From NCBI GenBank assembly GCA_031427315.1, contig JANPNF010000263.1:1-45512 (forward strand): a stretch of DNA of 45,512 nt. The letters are read 5' to 3'. Shown here piece by piece: positions 13,287-22,110 of the stretch. Position numbers and translations under genes: made by a program. Below the pieces are notes generated by a model that saw nothing but the letters and a program-made list of their open reading frames with translations, had not been told where the DNA came from and did not search any database. Each line of letters opens with the position of its first letter. Position 1 is the first letter of the stretch. This DNA is from Burkholderiales bacterium (GTDB lineage: Bacteria > Pseudomonadota > Gammaproteobacteria > Burkholderiales > Burkholderiaceae_C).

Positions 13287-13580
13287 TCAGGTCGATGCCG
13301 GGTCCAGCGAGGCGGTGGAGGCCGCCGATGCCGAGGCCGCTGCTGCCAGGGCCAGGCAGGGGTTGCATTTGCCCAGCCCGGCCATGCGCACATCGGGCCT
13401 GCCGTCACCGGTTTTGAAGTTGGCCTGACAGCGTCGGCAGACATACATCTTCGAGCTGGACATCATCGTCTTGGCACCGGGTGCTGTCGGCGGGCGCGCA
13501 GCGGAGTATTCAGCCTGCGTCTGCCGCAGTTTCTGGGCAGCGTCTGTGGATTTGACGGTCTTGGCGTTGCGTGTGGTCAT
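13287..13580 (-). CDS. Small CxxC...CxxC zinc-ribbon protein, unknown function (paralog of 5403..5708)
   Basis: 97 aa: MTTRNAKTVKSTDAAQKLRQTQAEYSAARPPTAPGAKTMMSSSKMYVCRRCQANFKTGDGRPDVRMAGLGKCNPC... ATG at complement 13578-13580. The listed 307-aa ORF is an over-extension. Confidence 0.65.
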   Translation of the reverse strand: MTTRNAKTVKSTDAAQKLRQTQAEYSAARPPTAPGAKTMMSSSKMYVCRRCQANFKTGDGRPDVRMAGLGKCNPCLALAAAASASAASTASLDPAST

Positions 13581-13599
13581 GGCAAACAGAGGAGTCGTG

Positions 13600-14690
13600 T
13601 TGCCCGCGCCGGACGATAAGGCCATCTGCGGAATGAGAATTGTCCATGCAATCAGCATGCCGTGTCCCTCCCCGTCAAGGGGGAAGTCAGACCACCCCAG
13701 CCGCGCTGCGCAGCCAACAGCGAGGCGCCACGATGGCCGCTCCGCGTGATCGACGTGTGCCAGTCCTTCGACCCGTGCCGTCACGCCAGCAGCGCGCGCC
13801 TGCGCCACGGCGCGTTCGACTCGCTCAGCCTCAGCGCCGCTGGAGACAATGACGCGGGCCCGGCAGCCGCGCGGGTTTGGCGGGTCGTCACCCCGGCCAG
13901 CTGTCGCTCGTTGAGCCCGCCGGGCATCACGACGTCGGTGAACAGCAGGTCGAAGACACTGCGTCCGCGCAGGATGGCGAGTGCCGCCACGCCGGTGCCG
14001 GCCACCGTGACGCAGAAGTCGTGTTCGGAGCGCACTGCGGTCGGCGGCGCCTCGGGCTGCCCCTCGGCGCGCGGCTGGTACAGCCTGGCTACGCCACGCC
14101 GGCCTGGCTGTACCTGCCGCGCGCAGTGTCAGGTGCCCGGCCCGTTCACCAGGCTCAGCTCCAGCTGCGGCGAGTGTTTGGGGCGCAGTCGAGGATGGTG
14201 CGCAACGCATCGGACCTGCGCGCCACCGGCTTCGCGTTGTCGGCGGGCGCGTCGATCGCCCAGCCGCCGAGGCCGGCCATGCGGCCCGCCAGCCCGATCA
14301 GCTGGTGGCGTTGTTGCAGCCGCAGCTGCGCCGTCTTCTCGGTGTTGATGTCGATCATCACCGCACCAGCTGGGCCTCGCCTGGCGCTGTCGCCGCCTGC
14401 ATCAGCGAGACCGTGGCGCGCGCCCAAATGGCCAGTCCGTTCGGCCGCAGGTAGCGTTTGTCGAAACTGACACTGTCGACTTCGCCGGCCAGCAGACGAA
14501 GCAATTGCTGGCCGCATGGTGCGATGTCATCGGGGTGGGTGAACGCCAGGAAATCGGTGCCCCGCAACTCGTCTGCGCTGCGGCCGGCCAGCGCGCAGGA
14601 CACCGGGTGGTCGGTTTCGGTCCAGGCCACACCGTGCACCGATTTGAACCACTGGCGGCGGCTGTCGACCAAGTTGATCGGCGATGGGCG
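13600..14690 (-). pseudogene. Decayed GAF/PAS/receiver sensor gene remnant
   Basis: Minus-strand fragments lie in different frames and are interrupted by stops. They are a GAF-like start (INLVDSRRQWFKSVHGVAWTETDHPVS), a PAS core (DFLAFTHPDDIAPCGQQLLRLLAGEVDSVSFDKRYLRPNGLAIWARATVSLM), a second PAS start (VMIDINTEKTAQLRLQQRHQLIGLAGRMAGLGGWAID), and a receiver core (FDLLFTDVVMPGGLNERQLAG, then RVIVSSG after a frame change). No HisKA or HATPase segment lies between them. Confidence 0.5.
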
Positions 14691-14908
14691 CTTCGCAGGG
14701 GTGCGCCTGCAGAAGGGTCAGGCGGGGCTTCGTGTGGGAAAAGAAATGCCCGGCTGCCTCTCACTGTGGGGCGTGCCAGGCGCCAGACGCCGGCGCCCCA
14801 TTGCAGTGCGGGCCTGTCCACTTTGGTGGGCGCCCCTCTACTTGGGCCCGAGACACGGCCGGTACCGGCGCCTTCCGTCCCGTGTGTTGTTGCCATGCTA
14901 AAGACGTC

Positions 14909-14924
14909 TGGCATCGATTTTGCT
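14909..14924 (+). promoter_or_regulatory. Sigma-54 (RpoN) type -24/-12 promoter
   Basis: TGGCAT-CGATT-TTGCT compared with the consensus TGGCAC-N5-TTGCW. It is intergenic, about 60 nt upstream of the riboswitch, in the same orientation. Confidence 0.55.
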
Positions 14925-14982
14925 TAATACATGGTGCGAGAGTGGCATCTGCATTAGCAGCGCCGCTTGATCTGCAAGACAG

Positions 14983-15080
14983 CTAGGGTTCCGTGCCCGG
15001 CCCTGTGCCGGGTGGACTGGTCCGAGAGCGGTCGGCCGCAATGCATCGCGGTTCCACGGAGGGACAAAAGCCCGGGAGGA
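14983..15080 (+). promoter_or_regulatory. Guanidine-I riboswitch (ykkC-yxkD motif), copy 1
   Basis: CTAGGGTTCCG ... CTGGTCCGAGAG ... CCACGGAGGGACAAAAGCCCGGGAGG reproduces the invariant ykkC blocks. It is followed by the classical guanidine regulon genes. Confidence 0.9.
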
Positions 15081-15141
15081 AGTTGTCGTCAGCGGACGGC
15101 GGCTGCCCCTCTCGCTTTGTGCCACTGCCCTGGAGCGATTG

Positions 15142-16002
15142 ATGTCTGCCACAGCACCTCCCGTCGGATCCAGTTTCGTGGCGCCAGCGCGCGTTCTCAA
15201 CCCGCTGCCCACTCCCAGCATCTGGGCTATCGCAGGTCGGCTCTCCCGCCTGCAGTACTGGGGGTTTGCCGCCTTGGGCTTGATGGTGCCGTTCGTGGCC
15301 TGGGCGGCGCTGTCAGCCTCGGGCTGGATCGATCCGGTCTTCATGCCGGGCCCGGCTGCTGTGTCCAGGCGGCTCGCCACCTGGTTGATGGAAGACGACC
15401 TGCTCGCCGACACCAGCATCAGCGTCTACAGGGTTCTCGCCGGCTTTGCGCTGTCGGCCGCGCTGGCGCTGCCGATCGGGCTGCTGATCGGGGCTTTCAG
15501 GCCGGTCGAAGCACTGCTCGAGCCGCAGACCGACTTCATACTCTACATGCCGGCGGTGGCCTTCATTCCGCTGGTGATGCTGTGGTTCGGCATCGAGGAG
15601 AGCGCCAAGATCGCGATCATCTTCATCGGCACCTTTTTCCAGATGGTGTTGATGGTGGCGGAAAACGTGCGGCTGGTGCCCACCGCACAGATCGAAGCGG
15701 CGCAGACGATGGGCGCAACGCGCGACGAAACCATCCGGCTGGTGCTGCTGCAGTCCGCCAAGCCGGCGATCCTGGACACGCTGCGCATCACGATGGGCTG
15801 GGCCTGGACCTATCTGGTGGTGGCCGAACTGGTGGCCAGCAATTCGGGCCTGGGCTATGCGATCCTCAAAGCACAGCGCTTCCTGAAAACCGACACGATC
15901 TTTGGCGGCATCCTGTTGATCGGAGTCATCGGATTGCTGATGGACCAGGCGTTCCGCTGGTTGCATCGCCGGGCGTTCCCCTACATGCACTTCAAACGCT
16001 GA
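15142..16002 (+). CDS. ABC transporter permease (NitT/TauT family)
   Basis: Multi-pass membrane protein with the segment [24 protein letters not shown]...MGATR. GGAG lies 6 nt before the ATG at 15142 (the listed TTG is at 15139). Confidence 0.88.
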   Translation: MSATAPPVGSSFVAPARVLNPLPTPSIWAIAGRLSRLQYWGFAALGLMVPFVAWAALSASGWIDPVFMPGPAAVSRRLATWLMEDDLLADTSISVYRVLAGFALSAALALPIGLLIGAFRPVEALLEPQTDFILYMPAVAFIPLVMLWFGIEESAKIAIIFIGTFFQMVLMVAENVRLVPTAQIEAAQTMGATRDETIRLVLLQSAKPAILDTLRITMGWAWTYLVVAELVASNSGLGYAILKAQRFLKTDTIFGGILLIGVIGLLMDQAFRWLHRRAFPYMHFKR

Positions 16003-16016
16003 GCCGGAGCGCCGCC

Positions 16017-16883
16017 ATGCTGTCCATCGTCTCCCCAATCAGCGCCCCGAAGGTGGAGATCCGCCGCCTCGGCAAGGTGTTCGGCGGTGTCGCAGTCGGA
16101 ACGCCGGCCGCGCTGCACAACGTCGACCTGTCGATCGAAGACAACGAGTTCGTCACCCTGGTCGGTGCCTCCGGCTGCGGCAAGTCCACGCTGCTGCGCA
16201 TCCTGGCTGGGCTCGAACACCACACCGCGGGCGAGGTGATCTGCAGCGGGCGGCCCATCACCGGCCCCGGCGCCGAGCGGGCGATGGTGTTCCAGCACTA
16301 CAGCCTGTACCCGTGGCTCAACGTGATGGAGAACATCAAGTTCAGCCGCACGCTGAAGGTCAACCGCGAAGACCTGAGCTCGTCGGACGTCGAGGTTGCA
16401 TCGGGCCGCGCAGATGCCTTGCTGAACCTGATCGGCCTGGCCAAGGTCGCCCGGTCGTACCCGAGCCAGTTGTCGGGCGGCATGCAGCAGCGGGTGGCGA
16501 TCGCCCGCGCGTTGATGGGCCGCCCGCAGGTGCTGCTGATGGACGAACCCTTCGGTGCGCTCGACGCGCAGACCCGCGAGGTGATGCATGACCTGATCCT
16601 GCACATCCACCGCAGCGAGAAGACCACCATCGTCTTCGTCACCCACGATGTCGATGAAGCGATCTACCTCGGCCAGCGGGTCGTGTTGATGGAGCCGCGC
16701 CCGGGTCGCATCCACAGCATCTACTCGGTGCCGCTGCCGACCCGGCGCCAGCAGGACATGAAGCACAGCGCACCGTTCCGCGACCTGAAGGCCGAGATCC
16801 TGAAACACATCCGCATGAGTTCGGGCATGGCCACCGACCTCGATCTGTTGACGCAGATTTCCCAGCAGGGCGAGCCGGTCTGA
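16017..16883 (+). CDS. ABC transporter ATP-binding protein (NitT/TauT family)
   Basis: Walker A GASGCGKST, signature [15 protein letters not shown], Walker [16 protein letters not shown] precedes the ATG at 16017. The upstream 350 codons of the listed 638-aa ORF are spurious. Confidence 0.9.
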   Translation: MLSIVSPISAPKVEIRRLGKVFGGVAVGTPAALHNVDLSIEDNEFVTLVGASGCGKSTLLRILAGLEHHTAGEVICSGRPITGPGAERAMVFQHYSLYPWLNVMENIKFSRTLKVNREDLSSSDVEVASGRADALLNLIGLAKVARSYPSQLSGGMQQRVAIARALMGRPQVLLMDEPFGALDAQTREVMHDLILHIHRSEKTTIVFVTHDVDEAIYLGQRVVLMEPRPGRIHSIYSVPLPTRRQQDMKHSAPFRDLKAEILKHIRMSSGMATDLDLLTQISQQGEPV

Positions 16884-16910
16884 CCGGGCGCGCCCAACAC
16901 CCCGAACCGC

Positions 16911-17693
16911 ATGCAAACCAACTTCCAGACCCTGACCGCGCTGGCCCGCGCCGCCGTGCCCGACCATTCGACCGCGTATTCATCCGAGCTCGTGCTGTGG
17001 GACGACACACTGCCCGGCGGCGCCCACTGGTCGGGCGTGCTGCGGCGTGGCACCACGCTGCGGCTGACCGACCTGGAGGGCCGCGCCAATGTGTCGGCGC
17101 TGTTCTTCAATCAGGAGCAGACGACCGAGCGCTACAACATGCCCGACACGCTGAAGGCGCAGCACACCGCGCACCTGACGCGCGGCCACGCGCTGTATTC
17201 CGACATGGGCCGGGTGCTGTGCTCGATCCCCGATGACAGCTGCGGCTGGCACGACACGGTGTGCGGCGTGATCGATGCCGACACCGTGCGCCGCCGCTAC
17301 GGCGAGGCGAATTACCAGGCCCATCGCAACGCGATGTACCGCAATGGTCGCGACGGCTTTCTCGTTGAGCTGGCCAAGTGGGGCCTGGATCGGCGCGACC
17401 TGGTCGCCAACGTCAATTTCTTCAGCAAGGCGGTCGCCGACGAGGCCGGCCGGCTGCGTTTCGACACCGCGCACCGCGCGCCCGGCCAGCATGTCGATGT
17501 GCGCTTCGAAATGAACGTGCTGGTCGTGCTGTCGGCGGCGGCGCATCCGCTCGATCCGGCGACGAGTTATTCACCGACCCCGGTGGGCTTGACCGCCTGG
17601 CGCTCCGGCACCGCCGGGGCCAGCGATGTGTGCCGCCGGCTGTGCCCCGAAAACGACCGGGGCTACATCAACACCGAGCGGGGATTCCTGTGA
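16911..17693 (+). CDS. Urea-carboxylase-associated family protein (DUF1989; candidate carboxyguanidine deiminase subunit)
   Basis: 260 aa. It is a paralog of the next gene (both share NVNFF/NINFF and a xVExRxEMxxxVVLS-type block) and sits between the transporter and the carboxylase, as in described guanidine/urea carboxylase clusters. Confidence 0.8.
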   Translation: MQTNFQTLTALARAAVPDHSTAYSSELVLWDDTLPGGAHWSGVLRRGTTLRLTDLEGRANVSALFFNQEQTTERYNMPDTLKAQHTAHLTRGHALYSDMGRVLCSIPDDSCGWHDTVCGVIDADTVRRRYGEANYQAHRNAMYRNGRDGFLVELAKWGLDRRDLVANVNFFSKAVADEAGRLRFDTAHRAPGQHVDVRFEMNVLVVLSAAAHPLDPATSYSPTPVGLTAWRSGTAGASDVCRRLCPENDRGYINTERGFL

Positions 17694-18367
17694 TGCTTGC
17701 CACTGTCGAAAGCCTGCTGAACCCCGCCAATGCGGTGATCGACGAGGTGTGCCTGGCCGGTGACCCGTGGGCGAAAGTCTTAAAGCAAGGCCAAACGTTT
17801 CGCATCGTTGACCTCGAAGGCAACCAAGCCGTCGACACGATTTTCTACAGCGCCACCGATGTCGGCGAGCGCTACAGCCTGACGCACACGATCCAGGCTC
17901 AGGGCGCGCTGTACCTGACGGCGGGCTCGGTGCTGATGTCGAGCGAGGCGCGCCCGATGTTGACGATCACAGCAGACACCTGCGGCCGCCACGACACGCT
18001 GGGTGGCGCCTGTTCGTGCGAGAGCAACACCGTGCGCTACGCACTGGAAAAGCGAACCATGCACAGCTGCCGCGACAGCTTCATGCTGGCGCTGGCGCAA
18101 ATCGATGCGGGCAGCGAGGCAACGGCAGGCGTGCCGCGCCTGAGCAAGCGCGACGTGGTGTCGAACATCAATTTCTTCATGAACGTGCCGGTCACTCCTG
18201 AAGGCAGGCTGACCTTCGAGGACGGCATCTCCGCACCCGGCAAGTACGTCGAGATGCGTGCCGAGATGGACATGGTCGTGCTGGTGTCGAACTGCCCGCA
18301 GCTGAACAACCCGTGCAACGGCTACAACCCGACGCCGGTGCGCTTTCTGGTCTGGGACCCGGCCTAG
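17693..18367 (+). CDS. Urea-carboxylase-associated family protein (DUF1989; candidate carboxyguanidine deiminase subunit)
   Basis: 224 aa. The ATG overlaps the previous stop (TGATG). Contains [12 protein letters not shown]...NINFFMNVP...[19 protein letters not shown]. Confidence 0.8.
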   Translation: MLATVESLLNPANAVIDEVCLAGDPWAKVLKQGQTFRIVDLEGNQAVDTIFYSATDVGERYSLTHTIQAQGALYLTAGSVLMSSEARPMLTITADTCGRHDTLGGACSCESNTVRYALEKRTMHSCRDSFMLALAQIDAGSEATAGVPRLSKRDVVSNINFFMNVPVTPEGRLTFEDGISAPGKYVEMRAEMDMVVLVSNCPQLNNPCNGYNPTPVRFLVWDPA

Positions 18368-18462
18368 GGCAACGTTGCCCTTAGGCCACGCCACGCCGCG
18401 CCGGACGACCGGAGTGTGCATCCGATGAGCGCAGGACGACCTGCTTTGCCGCTGAGCCCGCC

Positions 18463-21400
18463 ATGTTCACCAAGGTCCTGATTGCCAACCGCGGCGCCAT
18501 TGCCTGCCGCATCATTCGCACGCTCAAGCGCCTCGGCGTCGCCTCGGTCGCGGTGTATTCCGAAGCGGATGCTGGTGCTCTGCACGTGGCGACGGCCGAC
18601 GCGTCGGTGTGCATCGGCCCGGCACCAGTTGCGGCTAGCTACCTGAACCACGCGCGAATCATTGAAGCGGCGCAGGCGACCGGCGCACAGGCGATCCACC
18701 CTGGCTACGGCTTCCTGTCCGAGAACGCCGGCTTCGTCGATGCCTGCGAAGCCGCTGGCCTGGTCTTTCTGGGGCCGACGCCGCAGCAGATGCGGCTGTT
18801 CGGCCTGAAGCACACCGCGCGCGCACTGGCCACCACCAGCGGCGTGCCGCTGCTGCCAGGCACCGGCTTGCTGTCCGACCTGAACGACGCGCTCGCGAGT
18901 GCCGAACGCATCGGCTACCCGGTGATGCTCAAGAGCAGCGCCGGCGGCGGCGGCATCGGCATGCAGATGTGCACTGGCGCCGACGAGCTGCGTGCCGCGT
19001 TCGACACCGTGCGGCGGCTCGCGCAAAGCAATTTCTCGGATGCGGGCGTGTTCATCGAGCGCTACATCACCGACGCGCGCCACATCGAGGTGCAGGTGTT
19101 CGGCGATGGCGCCGGTGGCGTGCTGGCGCTCGGCGACCGCGACTGTTCGCTGCAGCGGCGCCACCAGAAGGTCGTCGAGGAAGCGCCCGCGCCGAACCTG
19201 CGGCCCGAGGTGCGCGCTGCGTTGCATGACACCGCACGCCGACTGGCGCAGGCGGCCTGCTACCGATCGGCCGGCACCGTCGAGTTCGTCGTCGATGCGC
19301 GCACGCAGGACTTCTATTTCCTCGAAGTCAACGCGCGGCTGCAGGTCGAGCACGGCGTGACCGAAGCCGTCACCGGCATCGACATCGTCGAATGGATGGT
19401 GAAGCTCGGCGCAGGCGACATGCCGGCACTGGACAGCCTGCACATCGCCACCACCGGTCATGCGGTGCAGGCACGGCTTTATGCCGAAGACCCGTACAAG
19501 AACTTCCAGCCGGCCACCGGTGTGCTGACGCACGTGCAGTTTCCCGATGACCTGCGGGTCGACACCTGGGTCGAGCGCGGCACCGAGGTCAGCGCCCACT
19601 ACGACCCGATGCTGGCCAAGCTGATTGCGCACGGCAGCGATCGCGACGACGCGATCGCCAAGCTGTCGAAGGCGTTGCAAGAGACCCGCGTTGATGGCCT
19701 CGAATCGAACCTCGAGTACCTGCGCGGCGTGATGTCATTCGCGCCGTTTGCGCAGGCGACGCACACCACGCGCAGCCTCGCGTCGTTCAGTGCACCCAGC
19801 CGCGCCTTCGACGTGATCAGCCCCGGCGTGCAGACCTCGGTGCAGGACTGGCCAGGTCGGCTGGGCTACTGGGATGTCGGCGTGCCGCCGTCCGGCCCGA
19901 TGGACCCGCTGGCGCTGCGGCTGGCGAACCGGCTGGTCGGCAATGCACAGGGCGTGGCCGGGCTGGAAATCACCGTCGCCGGGCCGACGCTGCGCTTTCG
20001 CTGTGCGACGCGTGTCGCGGTGTGCGGGGCGCCGATGGATGTCACGCTGGATGGCGAAGCGGCGGCCATGGGCCGTGTGCTGACCATCGAGGCGGGCCAA
20101 ACGCTGCGCATCGGCCGCGTTGGCCCGACCGGCGGCAGTCGCGCTTACGTCGCGGTGCACGGCGGCATCGATGTGGCCGACTACCTGGGCAGCGCATCGA
20201 CCTTCACGCTGGGCCAGTTCGGTGGCCACGGCGGACGCGTGCTGCGCGGCGGCGATGTGCTGCACATCGGGTCCGTGTCGACGCTGGTGGCACCGCTCGA
20301 TGCCGTCGCCGCTGCGGCGCTCACGCCGGCCTGCGCCACGCACTGGGACATCGGCGTGCTGATCGGCCCGCACGCGGCGCCCGACTTCTTCACGCCCGAC
20401 GACATCACCACCTTCTTCGCGACCGACTGGCAGGTGCACTACAACTCCAGCCGCACCGGAGTGCGGCTGATCGGCCCGAAGCCTACCTGGGCGCGCCGCG
20501 ACGGCGGCGAAGCCGGGCTGCACCCGTCGAACATTCACGACAACGCGTATGCAATCGGTGCGATCGACTTCACCGGCGACATGCCGGTGATCCTCGGTCC
20601 CGATGGCCCGAGCCTCGGCGGCTTCGTCTGCCCGGCCACCGTGGTGCAGGCCGAGCTGTGGAAGCTGGGGCAGCTGTCGCCGGGCAACACGGTGCGCTTC
20701 AAGCCATGGACGCTGGCGCAGGCACGCGCGTTGGCCGACTCACAGGACGCCGTGCTGGCACCCGAGGCGCCGCCGCGCATTGCGGCACCCCGCGCACGTG
20801 CTGAACTTGCCGAGGCGGCCGTGTTGCATCGCCGCGCCGCGCTGGATGGACAAGGAAGCGACGGCATCGAGATCGTCTACCGCCGCGCGGGTGATGCCTA
20901 TGTGTTGATCGAGTTCGGCGAGCTGAAACTTGACTTGACGCTGCGCTTCCATGTCCATGCACTGATGCAACGGCTGCAATCCTGGCGCGATGAAGGACAA
21001 CTCGACGGCATCGTCGATCTGACGCCGGGCATCCGCTCGCTGCAGGTGCACTACGACCCGTCGCGCATCGCGCTGCCCACGCTGATGGACGCCCTGCTCG
21101 ATGCACAGCACGGCGTGGGCTCGACTGCCGACATCGAGGTGCCGAGCCGCACCGTGTGGCTGCCGCTGTCGTGGGACGATGCGGCGACGCGGCTCGCGAT
21201 CGACAAGTACATGCAGTCGGTGCGTGCCGACGCGCCCTGGTGCCCGAGCAACATCGAGTTCATCCGGCGCATCAACGGGCTGGACGACATTCAGACCGTC
21301 TATGACACGGTGTTCGAGGCCAGCTACCTGGTGCTGGGCCTGGGCGACGTTTACCTCGGTGCGCCGGTCGCCACGCCGCTCGATCCGCGGCATCGGCTGG

Positions 21401-22095
21401 TCACCACCAAGTACAACCCGGCGCGCACCTGGACGCCGGAGAACGCGGTGGGCATCGGCGGTGCCTACCTGTGCGTCTACGGCATGGAAGGCCCGGGTGG
21501 CTACCAGTTCGTCGGCCGTACGGTGCAGATGTGGAACCGCTGGAAGGCCACGAGGGATTTCGAGCCCGGCAAGCCCTGGCTGCTGCGCTTCTTCGACCGG
21601 CTGCGCTTCTATCCTGTCGGTGCCGACGAGCTGCTGACGCTGCGCGCCGACTTCGTGGCGGGTCGGTCCTCTCTGCGCATCGAGGAGGGCACTTTCAAGC
21701 TCGCCGACTATCAGCGCTACCTGGTCGACAACGCAGCGGAGATCACCGCCTTCAAGGCCCGGCAACAAGCGGCCTTCGAGGCCGAGCGTGAGCGTTGGCG
21801 TGAGGCAGGCGTCGCCGACACGGTGGATGACACCGCCGACAACGATGCCGAAGCGCGCGCCGCGGCCGCCAGTGCCTTCGACGGCGAGGTCGTCACCTCC
21901 GAGGTGTCGGGCGGCGTCTGGTCGGTGCCGGTGGCGAAGGGCAGCGTGGTTCAGGCCGGTGACACGCTGATCGTCGTCGAGTCGATGAAGATGGAGATCA
22001 CCGTGCTGGCGCCACGCGATGGCGTGGTGCACGAGGTGCTGTGTGCCGAAGGGCAGCCGGTCACCGCGGGTCAGCCGCTGGTGTTGCTGCGCTGA
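18463..22095 (+). CDS. Biotin-dependent urea/guanidine carboxylase (biotin carboxylase, carboxyltransferase and BCCP in one chain)
   Basis: 1210 aa. N-terminus MFTKVLIANRGAIACRIIRT with an ATP-grasp domain, central KipA/KipI-like carboxyltransferase domains, and a C-terminal biotinyl motif VVESMKMEI. The riboswitch context suggests guanidine is the physiological substrate. Confidence 0.92.
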   Translation: MFTKVLIANRGAIACRIIRTLKRLGVASVAVYSEADAGALHVATADASVCIGPAPVAASYLNHARIIEAAQATGAQAIHPGYGFLSENAGFVDACEAAGLVFLGPTPQQMRLFGLKHTARALATTSGVPLLPGTGLLSDLNDALASAERIGYPVMLKSSAGGGGIGMQMCTGADELRAAFDTVRRLAQSNFSDAGVFIERYITDARHIEVQVFGDGAGGVLALGDRDCSLQRRHQKVVEEAPAPNLRPEVRAALHDTARRLAQAACYRSAGTVEFVVDARTQDFYFLEVNARLQVEHGVTEAVTGIDIVEWMVKLGAGDMPALDSLHIATTGHAVQARLYAEDPYKNFQPATGVLTHVQFPDDLRVDTWVERGTEVSAHYDPMLAKLIAHGSDRDDAIAKLSKALQETRVDGLESNLEYLRGVMSFAPFAQATHTTRSLASFSAPSRAFDVISPGVQTSVQDWPGRLGYWDVGVPPSGPMDPLALRLANRLVGNAQGVAGLEITVAGPTLRFRCATRVAVCGAPMDVTLDGEAAAMGRVLTIEAGQTLRIGRVGPTGGSRAYVAVHGGIDVADYLGSASTFTLGQFGGHGGRVLRGGDVLHIGSVSTLVAPLDAVAAAALTPACATHWDIGVLIGPHAAPDFFTPDDITTFFATDWQVHYNSSRTGVRLIGPKPTWARRDGGEAGLHPSNIHDNAYAIGAIDFTGDMPVILGPDGPSLGGFVCPATVVQAELWKLGQLSPGNTVRFKPWTLAQARALADSQDAVLAPEAPPRIAAPRARAELAEAAVLHRRAALDGQGSDGIEIVYRRAGDAYVLIEFGELKLDLTLRFHVHALMQRLQSWRDEGQLDGIVDLTPGIRSLQVHYDPSRIALPTLMDALLDAQHGVGSTADIEVPSRTVWLPLSWDDAATRLAIDKYMQSVRADAPWCPSNIEFIRRINGLDDIQTVYDTVFEASYLVLGLGDVYLGAPVATPLDPRHRLVTTKYNPARTWTPENAVGIGGAYLCVYGMEGPGGYQFVGRTVQMWNRWKATRDFEPGKPWLLRFFDRLRFYPVGADELLTLRADFVAGRSSLRIEEGTFKLADYQRYLVDNAAEITAFKARQQAAFEAERERWREAGVADTVDDTADNDAEARAAAASAFDGEVVTSEVSGGVWSVPVAKGSVVQAGDTLIVVESMKMEITVLAPRDGVVHEVLCAEGQPVTAGQPLVLLR

Positions 22096-22110
22096 CATCG
22101 AATCCAAAGG

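Noticed and set aside
14925-14930. TAATAC hexamer just downstream of the first sigma-54-type promoter, considered as a third NikR-type site
   Set aside because: No GTRTTA partner lies at N16 spacing on either side. An isolated half-site cannot be distinguished from chance.
14967-16016. N-terminal 350 codons of the listed 638-aa ORF 14967..16883
   Set aside because: This part runs through the riboswitch and out of frame across the permease gene. Only the part from the ATG at 16017, which has its own GGAG and starts the ATPase domain, is credible.
18364-22107. Minus-strand ORFs 18364..19680 and 20740..22107 (438 and 455 aa)
   Set aside because: They are antisense to the 1210-aa carboxylase and have no motifs. 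This is a GC-rich shadow-ORF pattern.
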